Positions 30,147-39,066 of a stretch of 64,000 bases of DNA are shown piece by piece. The stretch's first letter is position 1. Each line of letters starts with the position of its first letter. The stretch is from Promethearchaeota archaeon (lineage in GTDB: Archaea; Asgardarchaeota; Heimdallarchaeia; Hodarchaeales; Hodarchaeaceae), in the NCBI GenBank assembly GCA_048938105.1, contig JBHLMN010000017.1:64001-128000 (forward strand), written 5' to 3'. The position numbers and the translations under genes were made by a program. The notes beneath the pieces are model-generated. The model made no database searches. It had not been told where the DNA came from and saw nothing but the letters and a program-made list of their open reading frames with translations.

Positions 30147-31532
30147 CTAGTAAATGAACGGAACACCGAGATCGTCAAGCTGCTTACGAATAACTTGATA
30201 AAGATCCAAATATTCTGTTGAAGGCTTGCACCGCTGTACGTCATAACATTCTCGAAAATCTTTACCTAATGGAGCTTTCTCTATCCTATCTTCGTAAGTC
30301 TTGAGAAGAGTAAGAACAAGCTCATTAACATCACTTCTTGACAGTTGCTCTTTTGTTATTCCCAACCCTACTTCAGCAGCCATCCGTGCTTCCAATGGAG
30401 TAGCATAGTTTTTGTGTCTATTTTTTGCAACAGCCATTATCCAGAGATTTGAACCAGAAACAACTGAAGCAAGAGCGTGAGTTGCTGCCTCTCTTAAAAC
30501 CATGGGTGTACATGGTCCAGCAGCAGCATAACTAGCCGATAAAGAGATTAAATTACTGTTACGCGCTAACGCTTGGTAAGTTGTTGTCAATACCCAGAGA
30601 AGCTCCCGTGTTGTATTGCAGGTGTGCTTTAAGTGAAAGGGAAAGTAAACCATGAAATGTGCCTGATTCACAAGTAGACCCATTAAGTGATACGCAAGTC
30701 CAACAATAGCGGTTCCTTCGGGCCCTCCTGCATAACCACCCATAATAGGCCCAGCCAATGCCCCTACGAAACAGCCATAGCTGTGGAAATGTACCATTTT
30801 GTTCAGTAGAGAGTTATTCACTTTTAACTCCGTAATACTTGCCACAAAACGCCCATCAGTCAGTCTCTCTCCCCATTCAGGATTACTTGCTGCAATTTGC
30901 GCAGCATCAGATTCCGCAGTTCCAACACTTTTAAGAAAGATTCCAGGCCGACCCACTCTTCGGGCAGCCTCCCGAAACATCATGGCATGAGAAACAGATC
31001 CCTTTACTTCTGAGGGATATCCTGAGCGAATGGGCATCCCTTCTATCTCATCAAGGATGGGAGCACAGACTCCATCTGCTAGAGGCTCCTGCAAGTAAGC
31101 CATACTCATTGGGACAAAAAGATCTTCATCACAAGTGATGTCAGGTGTGAACATACAGAAAGGCTTTCGAGAATCTGTTATTTGTCGATTTGAAATCTCT
31201 CTCGAATCACGTCCAAATCCTAATGTGAACCTGCCAGGGTAGTTTCCGAGAGCCTCTTTCACCTCTTCTTCTGTAAATAAAACCCTTCTATGAGTATCAG
31301 TCACCAAAGTTCCCACAGTCAGGTAAAGATCTTTTGCAGCGTCCCAAAGATTATCTACTAGAGTATTATCTTCTGGAACTGGTGTTTGGGGATCAAAATG
31401 AATATCATATTCCTTGATAATCCTCCGCAATTCAGGAACTAAGAATTTAAGGTCGAAATCCTTTTCTAAACAAACTGGCCCATTTTGTGCCCTGTCCAGT
31501 ACTTCATTGATACGCCATGGAGGAGTTCCCAT
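30147..31532 (-). CDS. mtmB: Second MtmB homologue, pyrrolysine-free (Lys at Pyl site)
   Basis: GPVCLEKDFD, VGRPGIFLKSVGTA, ELKVN, GPIMGGYAGGPEGTAIV, AGPCTPM, LEARMAAEVG, FRECYDV. ATG 31532 follows GGTGA. Confidence 0.88.
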   Translation of the reverse strand: MGTPPWRINEVLDRAQNGPVCLEKDFDLKFLVPELRRIIKEYDIHFDPQTPVPEDNTLVDNLWDAAKDLYLTVGTLVTDTHRRVLFTEEEVKEALGNYPGRFTLGFGRDSREISNRQITDSRKPFCMFTPDITCDEDLFVPMSMAYLQEPLADGVCAPILDEIEGMPIRSGYPSEVKGSVSHAMMFREAARRVGRPGIFLKSVGTAESDAAQIAASNPEWGERLTDGRFVASITELKVNNSLLNKMVHFHSYGCFVGALAGPIMGGYAGGPEGTAIVGLAYHLMGLLVNQAHFMVYFPFHLKHTCNTTRELLWVLTTTYQALARNSNLISLSASYAAAGPCTPMVLREAATHALASVVSGSNLWIMAVAKNRHKNYATPLEARMAAEVGLGITKEQLSRSDVNELVLTLLKTYEDRIEKAPLGKDFRECYDVQRCKPSTEYLDLYQVIRKQLDDLGVPFIY

Positions 31533-31584
31533 TTTTCTCACCAAATATTTTTTCTTATTCAAAATAAACAGTAGATCTTTTGAT

Positions 31585-32262
31585 TTAGAACCAGACCAAA
31601 ATTTCAGATAATTTCTTTCTTTTTATATCAGGAACGGTTACATCTTCTTTTGGAAATCCAATAGGCATTATAACAAACGCTTTCTCGTTTTTAGGCCGTT
31701 TTAAAAGATTTCGTAGAAAATTCATACTGATAGGTGTGTGTGTTAATGTTGCTAAACCTGCATTATGGATGGCCATGATGAGTATCCCAACAGCAATTCC
31801 AACACTCTTAGTTACGTAATAATTTTTTCGTTTGTTATTGAATTCATCCAAATGATATTTTTGTTGAAAAACAACTATTAGATAGGGAGCTATTTCTAGA
31901 AACGGTTTTCTCCAAGTTGTTCCTAAAGGAGCTAAGTCTTGACGCCACTCCTCTGATATTTTACGTTCGTAAAATTCTTTTTCTTCAAGTTCTGCAGCTT
32001 CTCGGATCTTATGTTTGAGAACAGGATCACTGACAATAACAAATGTCCAGGGTTGTTTATTTGCTCCTGAGGGGGCCGTACCAGCAGTTTTGATAATATT
32101 CTTAATGATTTCTCGTGGAAAAGGCTTATCTGAAAAATCTCGTATTGATCTACGAGAATTGGCAAGATGATACATTTCTTGAGCTCTTCTACTCATATCC
32201 TCCTTGGAATATGTTTGAAAGTGATAGGGAATAAATGGATACTTATTTTCCATTGATCTCAC
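31585..32262 (-). CDS. Iodotyrosine deiodinase-like nitroreductase
   Basis: RRSIRDFS, AGTAPSGANKQPW, lid EEKEFY...LGTTWRKPFLEIAP, SVGIAVG, GLATLTHTP. Confidence 0.88.
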   Translation of the reverse strand: MRSMENKYPFIPYHFQTYSKEDMSRRAQEMYHLANSRRSIRDFSDKPFPREIIKNIIKTAGTAPSGANKQPWTFVIVSDPVLKHKIREAAELEEKEFYERKISEEWRQDLAPLGTTWRKPFLEIAPYLIVVFQQKYHLDEFNNKRKNYYVTKSVGIAVGILIMAIHNAGLATLTHTPISMNFLRNLLKRPKNEKAFVIMPIGFPKEDVTVPDIKRKKLSEILVWF

Positions 32263-32381
32263 CTCAAATTAGGCATGAGATGTATTTTAATGATCAATAG
32301 AAATACATATTCACTTTCACTAATTGTAGTATATCTTAGTGTTATATCCTCTGAGAATCTGGTAAAGTAAGTAGATGATAT

Positions 32382-33980
32382 ATGGATCCCAAAGAAAAAA
32401 GATTTTTATCAGAAATTAGTGATATTTCAGGTCAAAAACTACTAAAAGTCGATAAAGTGGGATATGGAAGAAATGGTTATGTTGAGAAGCGTAATCGTAT
32501 AATAAAATTATCCATTTCCAATCTAAAACTCTATTATATTCCAGAAAGTATAGAGAATTTAAATGAACTAAAAGCTCTTCATATGGGGGGAAATTATCTA
32601 ACTAAAATATCAGACCCGATCCTAACCCTAAGGAATTTGGAAATTCTAGAAGCTTGGGACAATCGGATTGAATCAATTCCTAATGATATTGGAGTTTTGG
32701 AAAAAGTTTGGCGATTACATCTCGCAGGAAATAAAATAACCGAGCTTCCGTTTTCTATTGGTAATCTGCCAATGAAGAAGCTGTATCTCAAACATAACAA
32801 TGTTAGTTATGTTCCCGAAAGTATTGGGAACTGGATAAACCTCGATGTTTTTGGTTTACCTCTCAATAATCTTCCCTCACTACCAGAAACTATTAATGGT
32901 TGGAAAAACGTCCGTGTAATCTCAGTTTGGCAAAATAAGCTTAGAACGTTACCAGATGTTCAACTCAACGTTAAAGAATTACGAATTAATAATAATTATT
33001 TTACAGAAGTACCTCCTCGGGTGTACGAGATCAAACAATTAAGGAAACTTTGGTTGAATAGTAATCAATTGACAGAGATACCAGAAATTCCAAGAGGACA
33101 TCTTCAAAATTTATGGTTTCTAGATTTACAGAATAATCTCCTTTCTACATTACCTAAGTCCCTTCAGCAATTACCTAACCTCCGTGATTTAAGACTCTCA
33201 GGTAACCTATTTGATTCCTATCCAAACTGGTTGGATTCTCTTAAAGGTTATAAAGTTGATACCACGACTCATAAGCGACAAGTAAAACAACCAGATTATA
33301 TTGGAGTCAAGAAATATGTGAAATATCTTGAAGATAATCACTTACCAATAGAACACTTAGTAGAGATCAAGCGACTCCAGAGATATCTCGAGAATGAGAA
33401 AGGTTTCTCCAGAATTGTGAAAGCAAAGGCTGATGATGTTAAAGATTATATTGCACAAGGAGGTATCACAGCTTTTGCATTGAGATCTCTATATCTATAT
33501 TTCTCTTGGCTTCAGGATTATCCATTACGTCGAATTATCAAAGAAGAATTAGAGAATTTTGCACAGATAATGAGTATCAATCTTCAAGATGTCAGAAGGC
33601 TTGTTGAGGAATCACAGGTTGTGACATCATTATTAACAGTAGACGGAATAGAAGAAAAGACTCCTAATATTGTTTCTCAACCACCACAAGTTGTAGAGAA
33701 AATTGAGGGGGATGAATGGGAGTCTTTCAAAACCAAACTAGATAAAACATCTATAAAAGCGTTAGAAATTCTCTTAAAGGCTTCAAAACCTAAAAACGCA
33801 CTTAAAAAATTCGCTGATGGCCAAAACAGACTCCCAGAAACCCTTCTTGAATCTATTAATGAATTAGCATTGGAAATGATTGGTGATCTACTCATTGACC
33901 AAGAGACCTGTCAAATCACAGAAGTTAATTATAGAGAGAAATTACTTGAAATTTTCTTTAGAAAAGGGAAAGTAGAATAA
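32382..33980 (+). CDS. Leucine-rich-repeat protein with C-terminal TerB_C-like domain
   Basis: About 10-11 LxxLxLxxNxLxxLP repeats. C-terminus INLQDVRRLVEESQVVTSLL...LPETLLESINELALEMIGDLLID parallels the C-terminus of the next gene. Confidence 0.85.
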   Translation: MDPKEKRFLSEISDISGQKLLKVDKVGYGRNGYVEKRNRIIKLSISNLKLYYIPESIENLNELKALHMGGNYLTKISDPILTLRNLEILEAWDNRIESIPNDIGVLEKVWRLHLAGNKITELPFSIGNLPMKKLYLKHNNVSYVPESIGNWINLDVFGLPLNNLPSLPETINGWKNVRVISVWQNKLRTLPDVQLNVKELRINNNYFTEVPPRVYEIKQLRKLWLNSNQLTEIPEIPRGHLQNLWFLDLQNNLLSTLPKSLQQLPNLRDLRLSGNLFDSYPNWLDSLKGYKVDTTTHKRQVKQPDYIGVKKYVKYLEDNHLPIEHLVEIKRLQRYLENEKGFSRIVKAKADDVKDYIAQGGITAFALRSLYLYFSWLQDYPLRRIIKEELENFAQIMSINLQDVRRLVEESQVVTSLLTVDGIEEKTPNIVSQPPQVVEKIEGDEWESFKTKLDKTSIKALEILLKASKPKNALKKFADGQNRLPETLLESINELALEMIGDLLIDQETCQITEVNYREKLLEIFFRKGKVE

Positions 33981-34260
33981 TTTTCTTATATAGCTTTTTC
34001 ATCTTATGAACATATTATAAACCTTTTTAAATGACTTCTCATCCAAAGCTCAATCATTAGTGTCAATTAATATATGTTTTCACACTCTAGATACTGTTTG
34101 GAGTTATTCTGATATTGAAGAAGGTGTGTAATAATATTATAAACGTGCTATTGTATTATCCTCTTATTAAATATTATTCTCTTACCGACTCTGAATAACT
34201 TACACACAGGAGTTGTTGAGATAAGAAGAATTAAATGAGTTGTACAGGTAGCATCTTTCG

Positions 34261-37200
34261 ATGTCAACAGCTATAACAATCGTTACGATGAAGGCTAGAG
34301 ATAAAGAACAGAAAATAGGAGACGCTCCATTAAGAATTCCAAAAAGATTCACAGATGTTTTTCCTGTGAAAACAAAAACAGTTATTATGGCTTGTCAAGG
34401 AAATTATACCCCTGAAATAGGAGATTATATATCTTTTCAGCTTTCTTCTGAAGACTCCTTAACCCACAAAGAATCTTCAGCTGAATTGTTTGTTCAAATT
34501 GATAAAATAACCTCATTTGAAAAAATATTATCTACTGATATTACTCAAGAGGAAATCGGATCAATTCTCGAAAGTTCTCCGAAGAGAATGGTTTGGATAG
34601 AAGGAATTGTCCTTGGATACTATTCTCCAAGTCGAAAAAGAATTTTAATGCCAAAAAATTCCCTTATAGGAATGATAGGAGAATTTACTGATTCAGAATC
34701 TATTAAGATTTTTATAAACCTGTATATGGAATGTCTATTTCGCACATTCCCCCTTAAACTAATAAATTATTTAGTCTATAACTCAATCCAAGGAAGTCAG
34801 TTTTGTCAAAAAGGTAATAACAAGCTTTTAGAAGAAGTGATTCCTAAAATCCTAAAGAACATCGATGACTATTTCTTAAAGACAGAAACTAAAGATCTTC
34901 TTAATGTATTTACACAACAAACGAATTTTACCATTTCGAAAGAAACAGAAGATATTAATGATATCAAACATGAATATATTAATTGGCTTGCTTCTAATAA
35001 ACCAATGGTCGATTTCATAACTGATATATTGAAATATACTGAGAAAAAATTAAGTTTAATATTAAAATACCGAGGGAAGGTGGAAGTAAATCCAAGGCCA
35101 CTTAATAGTCATATCAGAAAAATAATTCAAACAGAACTTAAAAAATATGAAACAGGAGTACACCCAAAAAGGGAGACAAATCTAAAACAGCCAGTTTTTG
35201 CTGAATTTGAAATTGGATTCAGTCCCGAACAACAAGTCAAAATATCGGTCATAGAACCCGAATTGCAATCTAAGGTCAGGAAAACCGATCGGAAACCAGA
35301 CTCCATCAAAACCAATGAAAAGCGAGAAGATATTCGTGAACTTGAAGCTAAGATGAAACTCGCTGCTCATTCTCTGGACTTTAAAAAAGCATCCAAAATT
35401 CGAGAGAAAATTGAAGAAATAAAAAAAGAAAATATCGATAGAGAAATAGAAAAACAGCCTTCTGATTTTGAGGCACCTTCAGCAAAGAAACTTCTTAGAA
35501 CACCCAAATTCGTACCATTCGATCAATACTGGCCAACCTTAGATACAATGAATGAAGATCAAAGAAATTGGTACGATTATTGGGTGTCAGAAGCCGAAAA
35601 TGGACATTATTATCCGACTGATATATCTTATATTTTCTTATATATCTATCAAACACTTGATTATGAAGATAAAGAAAAAGGGTATCGTACATTACGAGAT
35701 ATTTGGATCCATTATCGGAGAGAACATCCCAAACTGGATCGGTACTTGATTGATTGGATAACAGACTATGTCCTTCTTCATAAATGCCATTATGATCAAA
35801 GGACTATACTAAAGGAATTAATCAAATTTCACTCAAAATACACAGTCGAATGTCTTGATTCTATATTAACATTATTCCCCCCTCGCTCATTTAAAGAAAT
35901 GCCTATAGATTGGATTGATGTTCTGGCAAATAATAGTATCAAAAGTAGTTCATTTTATATGTCGAAGCCCAATGTCATGAACACAATAATCCCTGAAGTA
36001 CTTGATGCAATTGATCGATATTACCATGAGAATGAAAATATAGGTTTATTAGAGAAATTTAAACCCGATAAAGTTACACGGTTCGTCTTTGATCGTGCCC
36101 TCAAGGATGAAAGTTATCTTACTAAGACTATTGAAGTTTTATCTTACACAAAATCCCTATCTCTTCTTGTTTTCATCTCTGAGGTTGTAAGAACAACAGA
36201 GACTAAACTCCGTAAGTACTATCGTTTTCCAGCCCTTCCTCATATTTGTATATTAGAAAGAGAAATTGAAAAAGTAATTGAAACCACTTTTACGAAGTTT
36301 ATCAGTGAGTTGAGTTTAACCGAAGGTGAAACACAATTATCCTTCATCGACGCAGCGCAAAAATATGTTAATAGAGTCGAGAATGAACCTGAAAAAAAAC
36401 CGAAATTGTACCAGTTTCAACCTAATTATCAAGATATGACTAAATCTCAATTGAAATGGTATTTCTATTGGCGTAACCAGGTTAGGAACGGAAATTTTCT
36501 CCCTACTCAAATTGGATACATTATATTGTATATCTATGAAATAATCAATGATATTGGAATTCAAAATCATCAAGAGGGTTATAAACGACTATCAGCAATC
36601 TGGGAATATTACCGTATCGATAATCCCGAGTTAGACGAATATTTCCCTGAATGGATAGCGGAATATGCGATTCTAAATCAAATACCTGTTGATAATCTCG
36701 AAGAACTCTATTATAAGATTTTAAATAGATTAGATAGAAGAGAACAAAGAGATCTTCGATATGAATTAACAGAACTTTTACTTTCTCAATACAAACATGA
36801 AGCTTTTAATAAAATTCCAATCAAAATGATTTATGAGCTTGTTGGTTATACAAATTTTCTCCCCTATACACGATTAAATGACACAGTTCGAAATACGATA
36901 GATCAGCATGTAAATACAATACTAAATGAAGTAAATTCTTACTATTTACAAAAGTACAAAAAAGGATTGCTAGATTGCTTCAGTCCAACCAAAAAACGGA
37001 GAATCCCCTTTGTTCTTGCTCGATATTTTGGTGACACTGATATATTAGAGGTAAAAGGTTACTCACGGCAATTTTTGAATTTTTTAGACAATATAATAAG
37101 ATTTATCCAGAATCGATTCCGTGATATTGAATTAGATACAACTAAAACCCGATTGAAGGTTGTTATTCCCGATCCTGAAGTTGAAGCACTAATTGATTAT

Positions 37201-37710
37201 TATTTCATTGACAACCTAAATGCCACAAACATCATGCCTAAATATTCAAAGATTGCATTACAGGTTCAAAGTGGCAATTTAGGCGTGGATCAATCTAAAA
37301 TAAAGGCTTTAACCGAGGAATCCGAGGAAATTCAATCCCTCTTAACAACCACCGAGATTGAGCAGGAAGAAGCTCTACCAGAGTTAGAAATGATTCAAAT
37401 AGAAATTAAAAAACCAATTAATAAAGAATCTGTTCAGGAAGCAGAAACAAGCGAATCAGATGAGTTGGAGCTGTTTCGATCAAGATTGACTGATCTCCAA
37501 TTAGAAGTTTTGAGGATCTTAATAGTCAGTAAAAAGCCAAAAGAACAGTTAGACCAACTAGCAGAACAAACGGGTACTTTACCAGAAGCAATGATAGAAT
37601 CCATTAACGAAATCGCGCTTGAGATAATAGATGATATCATAATTGATTCTGAACTTCTCAACATTATTGATGAGTATTTGGATAGGATAAAGACGATTAT
37701 CAAGATATAA
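34261..37710 (+). CDS. Shango SngA-like protein (two TerB_N-like units + TerB_C) with N-terminal HAS-barrel-like and UVR modules
   Basis: YWPTLDTMNEDQRNWYDYW...DISYIFLYIY and FQPNYQDMTKSQLKWYFYW...QIGYIILYIYEIIN. C-terminal LPEAMIESINEIALEIIDDIIID. UVR-like ELEAKMKLAAHSLDFKKASKIREKI. Confidence 0.8.
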   Translation: MSTAITIVTMKARDKEQKIGDAPLRIPKRFTDVFPVKTKTVIMACQGNYTPEIGDYISFQLSSEDSLTHKESSAELFVQIDKITSFEKILSTDITQEEIGSILESSPKRMVWIEGIVLGYYSPSRKRILMPKNSLIGMIGEFTDSESIKIFINLYMECLFRTFPLKLINYLVYNSIQGSQFCQKGNNKLLEEVIPKILKNIDDYFLKTETKDLLNVFTQQTNFTISKETEDINDIKHEYINWLASNKPMVDFITDILKYTEKKLSLILKYRGKVEVNPRPLNSHIRKIIQTELKKYETGVHPKRETNLKQPVFAEFEIGFSPEQQVKISVIEPELQSKVRKTDRKPDSIKTNEKREDIRELEAKMKLAAHSLDFKKASKIREKIEEIKKENIDREIEKQPSDFEAPSAKKLLRTPKFVPFDQYWPTLDTMNEDQRNWYDYWVSEAENGHYYPTDISYIFLYIYQTLDYEDKEKGYRTLRDIWIHYRREHPKLDRYLIDWITDYVLLHKCHYDQRTILKELIKFHSKYTVECLDSILTLFPPRSFKEMPIDWIDVLANNSIKSSSFYMSKPNVMNTIIPEVLDAIDRYYHENENIGLLEKFKPDKVTRFVFDRALKDESYLTKTIEVLSYTKSLSLLVFISEVVRTTETKLRKYYRFPALPHICILEREIEKVIETTFTKFISELSLTEGETQLSFIDAAQKYVNRVENEPEKKPKLYQFQPNYQDMTKSQLKWYFYWRNQVRNGNFLPTQIGYIILYIYEIINDIGIQNHQEGYKRLSAIWEYYRIDNPELDEYFPEWIAEYAILNQIPVDNLEELYYKILNRLDRREQRDLRYELTELLLSQYKHEAFNKIPIKMIYELVGYTNFLPYTRLNDTVRNTIDQHVNTILNEVNSYYLQKYKKGLLDCFSPTKKRRIPFVLARYFGDTDILEVKGYSRQFLNFLDNIIRFIQNRFRDIELDTTKTRLKVVIPDPEVEALIDYYFIDNLNATNIMPKYSKIALQVQSGNLGVDQSKIKALTEESEEIQSLLTTTEIEQEEALPELEMIQIEIKKPINKESVQEAETSESDELELFRSRLTDLQLEVLRILIVSKKPKEQLDQLAEQTGTLPEAMIESINEIALEIIDDIIIDSELLNIIDEYLDRIKTIIKI

Positions 37711-37734
37711 ATACCTAAAGGACGCATTGTAACA

Positions 37735-39066
37735 ATGTCAAAGAAAAGAATCCCACAACGTGTATCAGCTACAATTCTAAAATCCTTGAGTGCTGGAGTG
37801 GTACCCCGTATAGGTCTAGAACATATTGCTGTAGGTCGAAAAGAGGAAATAGAATCATTATTGGAAGATTTGGAAAATATTGAGGTAGGAAGCGCAGCTT
37901 TTCGATTTTTTATTGGACGATATGGATCTGGTAAGAGTTTCTTAATTCAGTTGCTAAGGAATTATGCGATGGATCGTGATTTCGTTGTTGCTGATGTTGA
38001 TTTATCCCCAGCTCGACGATTCATTGGCGGGGGAAATAAAGGCGTTGCTACATATCGTGAACTTATTACAAATATGTCCACAAAAACACGTCCTAGTGGT
38101 GGAGCATTAACAGCAATCTTGGAAAAATGGATCTCCAAAATTCAATCCATGGTAATCACTGAAAAAGGGATCAAACTTCAAGATCCTGTTTTTGTGGATT
38201 TGGTGGAAACAGAGATAATTAATGCTGTAAACAACATCAAGGACTTAGTTCATGGGTTTGATTTCGCAACAGTTATCTCAACATACTGGCGTGGGCACAA
38301 ACTTGGTGAGGAAGAAACGAAAGAAAATGCTCTTAGATGGTTACGAGGGGAATATACCACAAAAACAGAGGCACGAAACGCTATAACAAATGTTAGTGTC
38401 ATTGTCGATGATGATTCATGGTACGATTATATCAAGTTAATGGCGCGATTTGTCACTGAAATTGGATATAAAGGACTATTAGTGTTTTTTGATGAGGCTG
38501 TGAACCTTTATAAGATCACCCATACTCAATCAAGAACCAATAATTATGAGAAACTTTTAACAATGTATAACGACACCATGCAAGGAAAAGCTGAGTACAT
38601 TGGAATTTTTGTTGGTGGTACACCTCAATTTCTCGAAGATCGAAGGAGAGGCCTCTATAGCTATGAAGCACTACATTCACGTCTTGTTGAGAGTCGGTTT
38701 ACCAAAAATGGATTACGTGATATTTCAGGCCCTGTCATTAAGCTAGAACGTTTATCCTTAGAAGAGATTTTTGTACTATTAACTCGTGTTATGAACATTC
38801 ATGCCCTCCACTATAAATATGAAGCTAATTTAACAAATGATGAACTTCAAGAATTCATTAAAATAATAGTTAGCCGAATTGGGGCCGATAAACTGCTTAC
38901 TCCACGAGAATTTGTCCGAGAATTTATTATTTTATTAAATATCCTTCGGAGGAACCCAGAAAAATCCTTTTTAGGATTAATTCAAGGAGAAGATTTCAAA
39001 CCACAAGCTCCAAGCCAAGTAGAGGAATCCGTTAAAGGAACAGAATATGAGGAATTTACCTTATGA
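37735..39066 (+). CDS. DUF2791/BrxD-family P-loop ATPase (Shango SngB-like)
   Basis: SLSAGVVPRIGLEHIAVGR, Walker A GRYGSGKS, NALRWLRGE, Walker B LVFFDEAVNL, GLYSYEALHSRL, LTPREFVREF. Confidence 0.9.
   Translation: MSKKRIPQRVSATILKSLSAGVVPRIGLEHIAVGRKEEIESLLEDLENIEVGSAAFRFFIGRYGSGKSFLIQLLRNYAMDRDFVVADVDLSPARRFIGGGNKGVATYRELITNMSTKTRPSGGALTAILEKWISKIQSMVITEKGIKLQDPVFVDLVETEIINAVNNIKDLVHGFDFATVISTYWRGHKLGEEETKENALRWLRGEYTTKTEARNAITNVSVIVDDDSWYDYIKLMARFVTEIGYKGLLVFFDEAVNLYKITHTQSRTNNYEKLLTMYNDTMQGKAEYIGIFVGGTPQFLEDRRRGLYSYEALHSRLVESRFTKNGLRDISGPVIKLERLSLEEIFVLLTRVMNIHALHYKYEANLTNDELQEFIKIIVSRIGADKLLTPREFVREFIILLNILRRNPEKSFLGLIQGEDFKPQAPSQVEESVKGTEYEEFTL

Noticed and set aside
26770-31562. Pyrrolysine (amber) read-through in the mtmB genes
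   Set aside because: Both ORFs are full length with no internal TAG. The Pyl-equivalent codons are CAT and AAA.
32382-33980. NLR/STAND or Roco protein; integrase
   Set aside because: The LRR protein has no P-loop or Roc domain. The SAM-like segment lacks any catalytic R-H-R-Y recombinase domain.
34261-37710. Tellurite-resistance operon
   Set aside because: No terA/C/D/Z genes. TerB_N/TerB_C here sit in an ATPase-helicase context.
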